From contig CBDTZE010000001.1 of assembly GCA_965364815.1 (NCBI GenBank), positions 1 through 53,469 of the forward strand: 53,469 nt of DNA. The letters are read 5' to 3'. The DNA is from an uncultured Nitriliruptoria bacterium. Its GTDB lineage: Bacteria; Actinomycetota; Nitriliruptoria; Nitriliruptorales; Nitriliruptoraceae. A program made the translations under genes and the position numbers. The notes under the pieces were generated by a model. It was not told where the DNA came from. It did no database searches and worked only from the letters and a program-made list of their open reading frames with translations. Positions 25,609-34,549 of this stretch are shown piece by piece (the first letter of the stretch is position 1; each line of letters begins with the position of its first letter).

Positions 25609-26490
25609 TCAGGCGAGCGGTTCGACGAATTCCTCGGCGAACCGTTCCGTCGCGGCGATGCGCGCCTCCAGGGGTGAGGCGAAGGCGGGGTCGTTGACGT
25701 CCGCCATCATCCACGGAGCCCACATCATCGCGGTCACCCCAAGCTTGGCGAAGTGCCGATACAACTCGAGGTCGGGCCTCGCATAGAGGGTGACGACGAT
25801 CTCGAAGCTGTCGCGATCGCGGCCTGCCTCGTCCAACAGATCGGTCACGCGGGTGACCATCTTCTCTGCCTCGTCGGGGGCGTAACCCGTCCCGATCCAG
25901 CCGTCGCCGCGGCCGATCGCACGACGCAGCGCAGGGGGTGAGTGGCCTCCGACGTACAGGGGGATCGCCTCGGCCGGCGTCGGCTCCATGCGCAGGCGAT
26001 CGAAGTCGAAGTGGTCGCCGTGGAACTCCGTCCAGCCCGGCTTCCAGAGTTCACGCAGGGCGTCCATCATCTCGTCGAGGCGCCGGCCGCGTGAGGCGAA
26101 GTCCTGGCCGGTCTGGTCGAACTCGTCCTTGGACCATCCCGCACCGACGCCCATCGTGACTCGGCCCGGGGCAAGTGCGGCAAACGTGGAGACCTGCTTG
26201 GCGACAGTCATCAGGTCCCGGGCCGGCGCGACGTAGACGTTCGTGGAGAACTGCAGATCGGTCGTGACCGCGGCCATGGCGGACATGGTGACCCACGGGT
26301 CCGGCCAGGCGGTCTCGGGCTCCCAGATCGGTGCCCCATCCGGCGTGTAGGGATAGTCGGCGGTGCGGACCTCGGGCCAGAAGAGATGATCCGACATGGC
26401 GATGCCGTGCCAGCCCGAACGATCGGTGGCCTTGGCAAGCTCGAGGAGTTCGTCGGTCGGCAGGAAGGCGACGCCTTGCCAGAACTTCAT
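25609..26490 (-). CDS. Luciferase-like (LLM class) F420-dependent oxidoreductase
   Basis: MKFWQGVAFLPTDELLELAKATDRSGWHGIAMSDHLF...VTMGVGAGWSKDEFD...IPLYVGGHS resembles the TIGR03619-type LLM family. Trimmed to the ATG at 26490. Confidence 0.8.
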   Translation of the reverse strand: MKFWQGVAFLPTDELLELAKATDRSGWHGIAMSDHLFWPEVRTADYPYTPDGAPIWEPETAWPDPWVTMSAMAAVTTDLQFSTNVYVAPARDLMTVAKQVSTFAALAPGRVTMGVGAGWSKDEFDQTGQDFASRGRRLDEMMDALRELWKPGWTEFHGDHFDFDRLRMEPTPAEAIPLYVGGHSPPALRRAIGRGDGWIGTGYAPDEAEKMVTRVTDLLDEAGRDRDSFEIVVTLYARPDLELYRHFAKLGVTAMMWAPWMMADVNDPAFASPLEARIAATERFAEEFVEPLA

Positions 26491-26506
26491 GGGGCCCTCC
26501 CGGGCA

Positions 26507-27289
26507 TCAGTGGAACCACTCACCAGCGTTGACGTCCAGGGCCGCGCCGGTGACGACACGGTTCAGGTCGCTGGAGAGCGCCAACGTCGCGTCGGCGATC
26601 TCGTCGGGCGTGGGCAGACGGCGCAGTGCGGTGCCCTCGGCGGTCTCGTCGTACACCGCCTGGGCAGAGACACCGCGTTCTTTCGCGAGGTGGTCGAACC
26701 AGAACTGCAGGCTCGGGCCCCAGATCCAGGAAGGCACGATGGCGTTGCACCGGATCCCGTGGAGGCCCTCTTCGTTGGCGTAGTGCTGCATGGTCGTCAG
26801 CAGCGCGCTCTTGGTCGCCGAGTAGACCCCGAAGTTGCGACGGACCCGACGCGCCGACAGCGACGCGATGAAGATGACGGAGCCCGACTGGGACGCTCGC
26901 ATGGTCGGGAGCACGGCATCGGTCATGTTGACGGCGCCGAAGAGGTTGACGTCGAAGGCCGCCCGCCACGTCGCCGGGTCGGCATCGGCCAGGGGCTCCA
27001 TGGGTGGTTGCCGGAAGGCGTTGTTGACCAGCACGTCGATCCGGCCGAACGACTCCAGACCAATCGCCACCAACGAGGCACAGGCCTCTGGCTTGGTCAC
27101 GTCCGTGGACTGGTGGACGACCCGGCGTCCAAGCGCCTCGACCTCGGCAGCCACGGCCTGCAACTTCTCCGCCCCGCGTGCTCCGAGGACCAGGTCGGCG
27201 CCCTCGCGTGCGTAGGCCAGGGCCAACGATCTGCCCATGCCGGGGCCCACACCGGACACGATCGCGACCTTGCCGTCGAACAGCCCCAT
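26507..27289 (-). CDS. Short-chain dehydrogenase/reductase (SDR)
   Basis: KVAIVSGVGPGMGRSLA (Rossmann motif), NNAF, YSATK (YxxxK). Trimmed to the ATG at 27289 (MGLFDGK...). Confidence 0.85.
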   Translation of the reverse strand: MGLFDGKVAIVSGVGPGMGRSLALAYAREGADLVLGARGAEKLQAVAAEVEALGRRVVHQSTDVTKPEACASLVAIGLESFGRIDVLVNNAFRQPPMEPLADADPATWRAAFDVNLFGAVNMTDAVLPTMRASQSGSVIFIASLSARRVRRNFGVYSATKSALLTTMQHYANEEGLHGIRCNAIVPSWIWGPSLQFWFDHLAKERGVSAQAVYDETAEGTALRRLPTPDEIADATLALSSDLNRVVTGAALDVNAGEWFH

Positions 27290-27291
27290 GC

Positions 27292-27759
27292 TCACGCCCC
27301 GCCGTCGGTGCTGCGCACGACCAGTTCGGCCATCCAGTGTGTCGCCTGGATGCGGCCCTCGATGCGCCAACCCTCCAGGGTCAGGCGCCAGCGGTCGTCG
27401 TACTGCCCGCCGACCAGGAGTCCCGGGCCGGGCTCGACACCGGCCTGGAGCAGGATCGTGTTGACCAGGAGCGAGGTGGACCTGGCGTGGTCGCCGTCGA
27501 TCGTCACCCGGATGTTGGTGAGGCTGTGTTGCAGACGTCCGAGCGGCGAGAGCGACTCGCGGATCCAGTCGACGACCTCGGTGCGGGAGCCCACGGGACC
27601 ACCGGAGCCGGTGTAGTCCAGCAGGGCGTCCTCGGTGAAGACGGCCGCCGCGCCAACCCAGTCGTGCGCGTCGATGGCTGCCGTGTAGGCATGCAGCACG
27701 TCGCCGATGGCCAGTCGGTCGGCGGCTCCTTCGATGTCGGGGATGCCCAGGCCGCTCAT
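27292..27759 (-). CDS. NTF2-fold SnoaL_4-like protein
   Basis: DRLAIGDVLHAYTAAIDAHDWVGAAAVFTEDALLDY is the usual SnoaL_4 opening. 155 aa after trimming to the ATG at 27759. Confidence 0.7.
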   Translation of the reverse strand: MSGLGIPDIEGAADRLAIGDVLHAYTAAIDAHDWVGAAAVFTEDALLDYTGSGGPVGSRTEVVDWIRESLSPLGRLQHSLTNIRVTIDGDHARSTSLLVNTILLQAGVEPGPGLLVGGQYDDRWRLTLEGWRIEGRIQATHWMAELVVRSTDGGA

Positions 27760-27769
27760 GACGCGACCA

Positions 27770-28696
27770 TCATCGGATCGCCACCGGGTGCACGAGTCCG
27801 CCGACACCGCCGACGACCGGTTCGGGCGCCGCCACCAGCAACATGGCGTGACGCCCGTCGTCGGCGCAGGCGTCGGCGAGTTCGTCGAGGAAGAAGTTCT
27901 GCCCCTGGGTCAGCCCCATCTCGACGAGGTGCAGCAGGTGGACCGGGAGGAAGACGTCGTCTCGCTCACCCGGGAACGCTTCGAAGGTCAGGTTGTCCGT
28001 CGCGACGGCGGCGATGTCCCGACGGTGGAACCAGAGCGCGGCGTCGGTCCCGGGCCCTGCCGACGGGAAGGCGTACGCGATGCGATCGCCTGCGTCGAGG
28101 TGGCGTCCCTGGCCGGTGCGCAACAGCACGATGTCCCCGGCGGCGACCGTGACACCCGCGTGGGCCTCGGCGGCGTCGAGGTCGGCTGCCGTCACCACGT
28201 GGCCGGGGTCGAGCTGGTCGCCGCCAAGCGCCCGGGGCAGATCCAGCAGCACCCCACGTGAGGCCAATGGCCCGACATGTTCGATCCCGCAGCGGGCGGC
28301 GCCTGCCTCGGTGATGCAGGAGGACGGGTTGCCGTTCCAGTGCCGGCCGTCGTATCCGACGTGGGAGAGGGCGTCCCAGTGTGTGGCGGCCTGCAGTCCG
28401 ACGTCGACGCGGTCGTCATTGACCGTGAAGGCGCTCGGGTCCCCGGTCATGGCGTGGTGCACCTGGGTCATGACGTGCGTCGGATTGTCCCGCCCCGGCA
28501 CCAGGCCCGCCTGTGGGCCGTCCGCGGACAGGGCGAGGGCCAACGAGAAGCGACGACCGTCAACGACGTGGGAGGCGGCCGCACGAACGACGTCTGGTGT
28601 GACGAGGTTCAGGGTCCCGCGCTGGTCGTCGGAGCCCCAGCGGCCCCAGTTGTTGACCTGCTTCGCGAGGTCGAGGAAATCATCGGGCAACGGCAC
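27770..28696 (-). CDS. Putative cyclase / kynurenine-formamidase-like family protein
   Basis: GTG start preceded by AGGAGG. NNWGRWGSDDQRGTLN and ATHWDALSHVGY resemble the PF04199 metal-site region. Confidence 0.7.
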   Translation of the reverse strand: MPLPDDFLDLAKQVNNWGRWGSDDQRGTLNLVTPDVVRAAASHVVDGRRFSLALALSADGPQAGLVPGRDNPTHVMTQVHHAMTGDPSAFTVNDDRVDVGLQAATHWDALSHVGYDGRHWNGNPSSCITEAGAARCGIEHVGPLASRGVLLDLPRALGGDQLDPGHVVTAADLDAAEAHAGVTVAAGDIVLLRTGQGRHLDAGDRIAYAFPSAGPGTDAALWFHRRDIAAVATDNLTFEAFPGERDDVFLPVHLLHLVEMGLTQGQNFFLDELADACADDGRHAMLLVAAPEPVVGGVGGLVHPVAIR

Positions 28697-28736
28697 CGAG
28701 GACCTCCTGTGATGGCCGTGGCCCCGACCTTAGCCA

Positions 28737-28756
28737 AACTAGAACGTGTTACAGTT
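28737..28756. promoter_or_regulatory. KstR-type operator (AACTAGAACGTGTTACAGTT)
   Basis: The core TAGAACGTGTTACA fits the published KstR consensus TnnAACnnGTTnnA. It lies in the 125-bp divergent region between the cyclase-family gene and the acyl-CoA dehydrogenase pair. Confidence 0.7.
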
Positions 28757-28821
28757 TCGAGCGATCCACCTTGTCCCGCGACGGCTTCACCGACCAGCGG
28801 GGCGCGACGCCCGGGAGCTGC

Positions 28822-29985
28822 ATGGACCTCGACCTGACGGCCGAGCAGGAGGCCTTCCGAGAGGAGGTCCGTCGTTGGCTCCGCGCGAACGTGCCCGGCC
28901 CGCTGGCACCTCCGGGAACACCGGACGGCTTTGCGGCACACCTCGCGTGGGAGCGGCAACTGTCCGAGGCCGGCTTCGCGGCGATCCACTGGCCCGTCGA
29001 GTACGGGGGCCGGGGTGCCGGACCGGTCGAGCAGGCGGTGTTCGAGGAGGAATACCTGGGTGCGGGTGGTCCCGAACGCGTCACCGTCGTGGGTCACAAC
29101 CTGTTCGGGCCAACGCTCATGCGCTGGGGGAGTGATGAGCAGCGAGCCCAGTGGTTGCCCGACGTGCTCTCCGCCAAGACCATCTGGTCGCAGGGGTACT
29201 CGGAGCCGGAGGCAGGCTCAGACCTCGCCAGTGTCCGCACGCGTGCGGTTCTCGACGAGGCTGCGGGAGAGTGGATCGTCGACGGCCAGAAGATCTGGAC
29301 CTCGCACGGTGCCAGTTCCGACTGGATCTTTGCGCTGGTCCGGACCGATCCGACGGTCGCGAAGCACGCAGGGCTGACCTTCCTGGCAATGGACCTTCGC
29401 TCGCCCGGCGTCGAGGTCCGCCCGATCCGGCAGGTGGACGGAGACAGTGGTTTCGCCGAGGTCTTCTTCACCGGTGTCCGTGTTCCGCAGGACCAGGTGA
29501 TCGGTGGCGTCGGCAACGGCTGGAAGGTGGCGATGACCGCGTTGGAGTTCGAGCGCGACGCCCCGGCCGCTGCGCCCGCCCGGTACTGGCGGGACCTCGA
29601 CGAACTCACCGCCATCGCCAGGGCTCGCGGACTGCTGCGTGACGATCTCGTCCGCGACGATCTTGCTCGACTGCACGTCCAGGTCGCCTGCTATGAGCAC
29701 CATGCGCAGCGGACACTGGCGACCCTGGTTGCCGGTGGCGACCTCGGGCACCTCTCCAGTGTCACCAAGCTGGCCTGGTCTGAGTTGGAGCGGGACCTGC
29801 ACGAGACCGGGCTGCGACTGCTCGGTCCGCACGTCGACAGCCTCGACGACTCCGCCCTCCCGGATCCTGCGGGCTGGCGCATGCGGTACTGGTACGCCCG
29901 TGCGGCGACGATCTATGCCGGCACCTCCGAGATCCAGCGCAACATCATCGCGCGCCGGGTCCTCGACCTGCCGAAGGCCTCCTGA
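28822..29985 (+). CDS. Acyl-CoA dehydrogenase, large (alpha-type) subunit of a putative heteromeric pair
   Basis: MDLDLTAEQEAFREEVRRWL..., GYSEPEAGSDLASV, C-terminal GTSEIQRNIIARRVLDLP. Trimmed to the ATG at 28822 (GGGAG upstream). Confidence 0.9.
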   Translation: MDLDLTAEQEAFREEVRRWLRANVPGPLAPPGTPDGFAAHLAWERQLSEAGFAAIHWPVEYGGRGAGPVEQAVFEEEYLGAGGPERVTVVGHNLFGPTLMRWGSDEQRAQWLPDVLSAKTIWSQGYSEPEAGSDLASVRTRAVLDEAAGEWIVDGQKIWTSHGASSDWIFALVRTDPTVAKHAGLTFLAMDLRSPGVEVRPIRQVDGDSGFAEVFFTGVRVPQDQVIGGVGNGWKVAMTALEFERDAPAAAPARYWRDLDELTAIARARGLLRDDLVRDDLARLHVQVACYEHHAQRTLATLVAGGDLGHLSSVTKLAWSELERDLHETGLRLLGPHVDSLDDSALPDPAGWRMRYWYARAATIYAGTSEIQRNIIARRVLDLPKAS

Positions 29986-30989
29986 TGGTCACGCGCGATG
30001 CCAACTTCAGTGACGAGCAGCACCAACTGGCCGATGTCGCCGGCGACCTGTTCTCCTCGATCAACCCGACCAGCCGCCTCCGCGCACTGTGGGACGGCGA
30101 GGCGCCGCGGGACCGGAAGGTCTGGCTGCAGCTCGCCGAACTCGGCCTCACCGGGATCGGTCTGCCGGCTCGCCACGGCGGCATGGAGGGTGGGCCTGCC
30201 GACCTGGTGATGGTGCTCGAGCAGGCAGGCCGCTGCCTGCTGCCCGAGCCCCTGGCGGAGACGGTCGCCGTGATCGCCCCGACCCTGGTCGACGCCGGGG
30301 GAGACCTGGCCGCGACCTGGCTGCCGCGCATCGCCGCGGGTGAGGCGATCGGGGCGCTGGCCTTCGACGGCATGCCCCACGTCCTCGACGTCGACGACGC
30401 CGACCTCATCCTCGTCGAGCGGCAGAACACCGTCTGGATCGCCGAGGGCGGGGCCGCCGCGACGCGCGTGCGTTCGGAGGACGGCACGCGTCGTCGCTTC
30501 CGTCGGCCGGAGCTGACCGGAACGATGCTCGGTGGAGCGGACCTGTTGGAGGCCGCGCGGACCCGTGCCGTTGCGGCATCAGCGGCCCAGCTGGTCGGGC
30601 TCATGGACGCCCTGGTGGTCCAGTGTGTGGACTACGCCAAGATCCGTCAGCAGTTCGACACCCCCATCGGTGCGTTCCAGGCGATCCAGCACAAGCTGGC
30701 CACCATGTTCGTCCTCGTCGAGTCCGCGCGGGGCGCCGCACGTCACGCGGCTCGCACGTTGCACCGCGGCGGCAAGGACGCCCACGAAGCAGCGCACGTG
30801 GCCAAGGCTGCGGCTGCCGAGGCCCATCGTCTGGTGAACGCGGAGGCCCTGCAGATCTTTGCCGGCATCGGCTTCACCTGGGAGCACGATCTGCACCTGT
30901 GGCTCAAGCGCGGACTCGCGCTGGAGGTCGAGCACGGCGGGGCCCGCGAGCACCGCAGGGCCCTCGCCAGCCATCTGCTGGACACCTGA
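29985..30989 (+). CDS. Acyl-CoA dehydrogenase-fold protein, short (beta-type) subunit
   Basis: 334 aa. ACAD C-terminal pattern IGAFQAIQHKLATMF...IFAGIGFTWEHDLHLWLKR. The start overlaps the alpha stop (TGATG). Confidence 0.85.
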   Translation: MVTRDANFSDEQHQLADVAGDLFSSINPTSRLRALWDGEAPRDRKVWLQLAELGLTGIGLPARHGGMEGGPADLVMVLEQAGRCLLPEPLAETVAVIAPTLVDAGGDLAATWLPRIAAGEAIGALAFDGMPHVLDVDDADLILVERQNTVWIAEGGAAATRVRSEDGTRRRFRRPELTGTMLGGADLLEAARTRAVAASAAQLVGLMDALVVQCVDYAKIRQQFDTPIGAFQAIQHKLATMFVLVESARGAARHAARTLHRGGKDAHEAAHVAKAAAAEAHRLVNAEALQIFAGIGFTWEHDLHLWLKRGLALEVEHGGAREHRRALASHLLDT

Positions 30990-31023
30990 AGCTTCACCAA
31001 CTCCACGAGAGACAGGGGCGTCC

Positions 31024-31920
31024 ATGGGCGTGCTCGACGGCAAGGTCATCGCGATCACCGGCGCGGCCGGCGGACTCGGGCGCGCGTATGCCGCGGCCTG
31101 CGCGGAGCAGGGGGCCCAGTTGGTCCTCAACGACATCGGCGCGAAGCGCGACGGGTCGGGGTTCGATCCCGCCATCGTGGACGAAGTCGTCGCCGACGTG
31201 AAGGCCCTGGGTGCCGAGGCGGTCGGCAACGCCGAGGACATCTCGACGGACGAGGGTGCCGCCCGGACGCTGGCCCAGGCGCTGGACACCTTCGGACGCG
31301 TCGACGGCCTCGTGAACTCTGGGGGCCTGCTTCGTGACCGGATGTTCGTGTCGATGGCTCCCGAAGAATGGGACGCCGTCATCGTCGGGCACCTGCGCTC
31401 CCATTTCGCCCCGATGCAGGCCTTCGCCGCCCACTGGCGCGAGGAGACCAAGCAGGGACGCACGCCCGATGCGTCGATCGTGACGACCACGTCCAACGCG
31501 GGGCTCTTCAGCCAGCCGGGTCAGTCGAACTACGCGGCTGCCAAGGCCGGGATCGCCGGGTTGACCGTCACGCTGGCCGACGAACTCGATCGCTACGGCG
31601 TCCGCGTGAACTCGATCTCTCCGGCCGCACGCACGCGGATGACCACCGAGGTCCCCGGCATGGCGGAGATGGTCGCCGCGCCTGAGGACCCCGACGCGTT
31701 CGACGTGTTCGACCCGGCCAACGTCGCCTCGGTCGTTGCGTGGATGCTCTCGCCGACCTGTCGCGCCACGGGCCAGGTCTTCTTCGTCCGTGGAGGCGAA
31801 CTCAAGGTCCTGCGGGGCTGGCGCTACGCGCAGGAGCTGGACCGTCCCGGACGCTGGGACGTGGACGACCTCGATCGCCAGTTCGCGGACTTCGACTGGG
31901 AACGGACGCCTCGTGCCTGA
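31024..31920 (+). CDS. Short-chain dehydrogenase/reductase (SDR)
   Basis: KVIAITGAAGGLGRAYA and YAAAKAGIAGLT. Trimmed to the ATG at 31024. Confidence 0.85.
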   Translation: MGVLDGKVIAITGAAGGLGRAYAAACAEQGAQLVLNDIGAKRDGSGFDPAIVDEVVADVKALGAEAVGNAEDISTDEGAARTLAQALDTFGRVDGLVNSGGLLRDRMFVSMAPEEWDAVIVGHLRSHFAPMQAFAAHWREETKQGRTPDASIVTTTSNAGLFSQPGQSNYAAAKAGIAGLTVTLADELDRYGVRVNSISPAARTRMTTEVPGMAEMVAAPEDPDAFDVFDPANVASVVAWMLSPTCRATGQVFFVRGGELKVLRGWRYAQELDRPGRWDVDDLDRQFADFDWERTPRA

Positions 31921-32692
31921 CACCCCACAGCCACCCCCGCCCCACGACCTGCTTGCCGGACGCCATGTCCTGGTGACGGCTGCGGCCGGGACGGGCATCG
32001 GGTTCGCCACGGCGCTGCGCGCTGCCCAGGAGGGCGCTCGCGTGGTGCTCTCCGACCGCCACGAGCGCCGCCTTGCCGAGGCGGTCGAGAAGATCGCATC
32101 GGAGGTCGGCGGGGACCCCATCGGCATCCCCTGCGACGTCACCGTGCAGGCGGACGTCGACCGACTCTTCGACGAGTCCATCGGTGCCCTCGGACACCTG
32201 GACGTGGTCGTGAACAACGCGGGGCTCGGTGGCACGGCCGACCTGGTCGACATGACTGACGAGCAGTGGGACGTCGTGCTCGACGTCACACTCACCGGCA
32301 CCATGCGGTGCATGCGTCGCGCGCTGCAACACCTCCAGCCTCGCGGCAGTGGCGTCATCGTGAACAACGCCAGCGTGCTCGGGTGGCGCGCCCAGAAGGG
32401 GCAGTCGCACTACGCGGCAGCCAAGGCGGGGGTCATGGCGCTCACGCGCTGCGCCGCCGTCGAGGCCGCGCCCCATGGCGTTCGCATCAATGCGGTCGCC
32501 CCCTCCCTGGCGATGCATGCCTTCCTCGCCAAGGTCACGACCGATGAACTCCTGGCCGAACTCGAGGAGCGCGAGGCCTTCGGGCGTGCAGCCGAGCCAT
32601 GGGAGATCGCCAACGTCATCACCTTCCTCGCCAGCGACTACTCGACCTACATGACCGGCGAGGTCGTCAGCGTCAGCAGCCAGCGGGCCTGA
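31913..32692 (+). CDS. Short-chain dehydrogenase/reductase (SDR)
   Basis: HVLVTAAAGTGIGFATA, NNAG, YAAAKAGVMALT. A GTG at 31913 overlaps the upstream stop by 8 nt. The track ORF from 31736 is an overlap artefact. Confidence 0.8.
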   Translation: MPDTPQPPPPHDLLAGRHVLVTAAAGTGIGFATALRAAQEGARVVLSDRHERRLAEAVEKIASEVGGDPIGIPCDVTVQADVDRLFDESIGALGHLDVVVNNAGLGGTADLVDMTDEQWDVVLDVTLTGTMRCMRRALQHLQPRGSGVIVNNASVLGWRAQKGQSHYAAAKAGVMALTRCAAVEAAPHGVRINAVAPSLAMHAFLAKVTTDELLAELEEREAFGRAAEPWEIANVITFLASDYSTYMTGEVVSVSSQRA

Positions 32693-32729
32693 CGGGCCCG
32701 TCCACCGACCGCAGCATCACGGAGCCACC

Positions 32730-33191
<462 letters not shown>

Positions 33192-33214
33192 TCCGGAGCC
33201 GGTGGTAACTTGGC

Positions 33215-33236
33215 AAAACTAGAACACGTTCTAGTT
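33215..33236. promoter_or_regulatory. KstR-type operator, perfect palindrome AAACTAGAAC-AC-GTTCTAGTTT
   Basis: Perfect 10-2-10 inverted repeat. The core TAGAACACGTTCTA fits TnnAACnnGTTnnA. It lies 59 nt upstream of the LLM oxidoreductase ATG. Confidence 0.75.
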
Positions 33237-33294
33237 TCGGTGTCGTGCAGATCAACGCACTGGCAGTTCCAGTCGAGAGGGAGGGCACGCGCCC

Positions 33295-34494
33295 ATGGAG
33301 TTCGGAATCTTCCTGCAGGGCCACGTGCCGTCGAAGCGCGTGGAGGAGAACCCCGCCTTCGAGCACTACGCGCTGATGCGCGAGGTCGAGATCGCGAAGG
33401 CGGCCGACAAGGCCGGCTTCAAGTACGTCTGGGCGTCGGAGCACCACTTCCTGCAGGAGTACTCCCACCTCTCCGACTCCGGCGCGTTCCTCGCGTTCGT
33501 GGCAGCGCAGACGGACTACATCCACGTCGCCACCGGCATCCGCAATCTCTCCCCGAGGGTGAACCACCCGATCCGCGTGGCCGAAGAGGTCGCCATGATG
33601 GACCACCTCTCCGAGGGTCGGTTCGAGTTGGGGACGGGGCGCGGCGCGGGCTGGCACGAGGTCCAGGGCTTCGACATTCCTGACACGAAGGTCACCAAGG
33701 CCTGGTGGAACGAAGTCATCCGCGAGCTGCCCAAGATGTGGCGCTCCAACGAGTACGAGTTCGAAGGCGAGTTCTTCCGGGTCCCGGGCAAGCGGCAGAT
33801 CCTGCCCAAGCCCTACCTGCACTCGCACCCTGCCATGTGGCAGGCGTGCGGCAACCCGGCGTCCTGGGAGAACGCCGGCCACATGGGGCTCGGCGCCATC
33901 GGCTTCTCCATCAGCACCATCGACTCCATGGCCCCCCGCGTCGAGGCCTACAAGAAGGCGCTGGCCTCGGCTGAGCCCGTCGGCGAGTGGGTCAACGACA
34001 ACGTGATGGCGACCAACATCGCGATCTGCCTCGAGGACGGAGACCTTGCACGCAAGGTCATGGCGGAGTCCGGCACCGTGCGACTCCACGCGGGCGTGCA
34101 CCGTTACCACTCGACCATGCCGAAGTCCGACCACATCCCGGACTGGCCCGAGGTCATGCCCGACCCGTCCGTCGAGATGATCGACCTCGGGATCCAGCAT
34201 GGCTACATGGCCTGCGGCAACCCCGACGAGGTCATCGAGCAGCTCAAGCGTTACGAGGCCACGGGCATCGACCAGATCAGCTTCTCGCTGCCGGTCGACA
34301 TCTCCCAGGAGCACTGCCTCGAGACCATCCGCCTGCTGGGCGAGCACGTGATCCCGAAGTTCGACAAGGACCGCGAGCACCGCACCACACGGATGCGTGC
34401 CTCGGCCGACGTGCCCAGCTGGGAGTCCCAGGTCGTCGCGCGCACCAGCGGCCCGGGCATCGAGCCGGATGCGACGGGCGTCCTGCCCGCCTGA
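33295..34494 (+). CDS. Luciferase-like (LLM class) flavin-dependent oxidoreductase/monooxygenase
   Basis: MEFGIFLQGHVP...AGFKYVWASEHHFLQEYSHLS...RFELGTGRGAG is typical of LLM monooxygenases. GGGAGGG RBS. Confidence 0.85.
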   Translation: MEFGIFLQGHVPSKRVEENPAFEHYALMREVEIAKAADKAGFKYVWASEHHFLQEYSHLSDSGAFLAFVAAQTDYIHVATGIRNLSPRVNHPIRVAEEVAMMDHLSEGRFELGTGRGAGWHEVQGFDIPDTKVTKAWWNEVIRELPKMWRSNEYEFEGEFFRVPGKRQILPKPYLHSHPAMWQACGNPASWENAGHMGLGAIGFSISTIDSMAPRVEAYKKALASAEPVGEWVNDNVMATNIAICLEDGDLARKVMAESGTVRLHAGVHRYHSTMPKSDHIPDWPEVMPDPSVEMIDLGIQHGYMACGNPDEVIEQLKRYEATGIDQISFSLPVDISQEHCLETIRLLGEHVIPKFDKDREHRTTRMRASADVPSWESQVVARTSGPGIEPDATGVLPA

Positions 34495-34549
34495 CCTGAC
34501 GCCGAGGGCTGGCATCGGGCAGGATGGGGTTCCTGTCCCAGGAGCCAGC

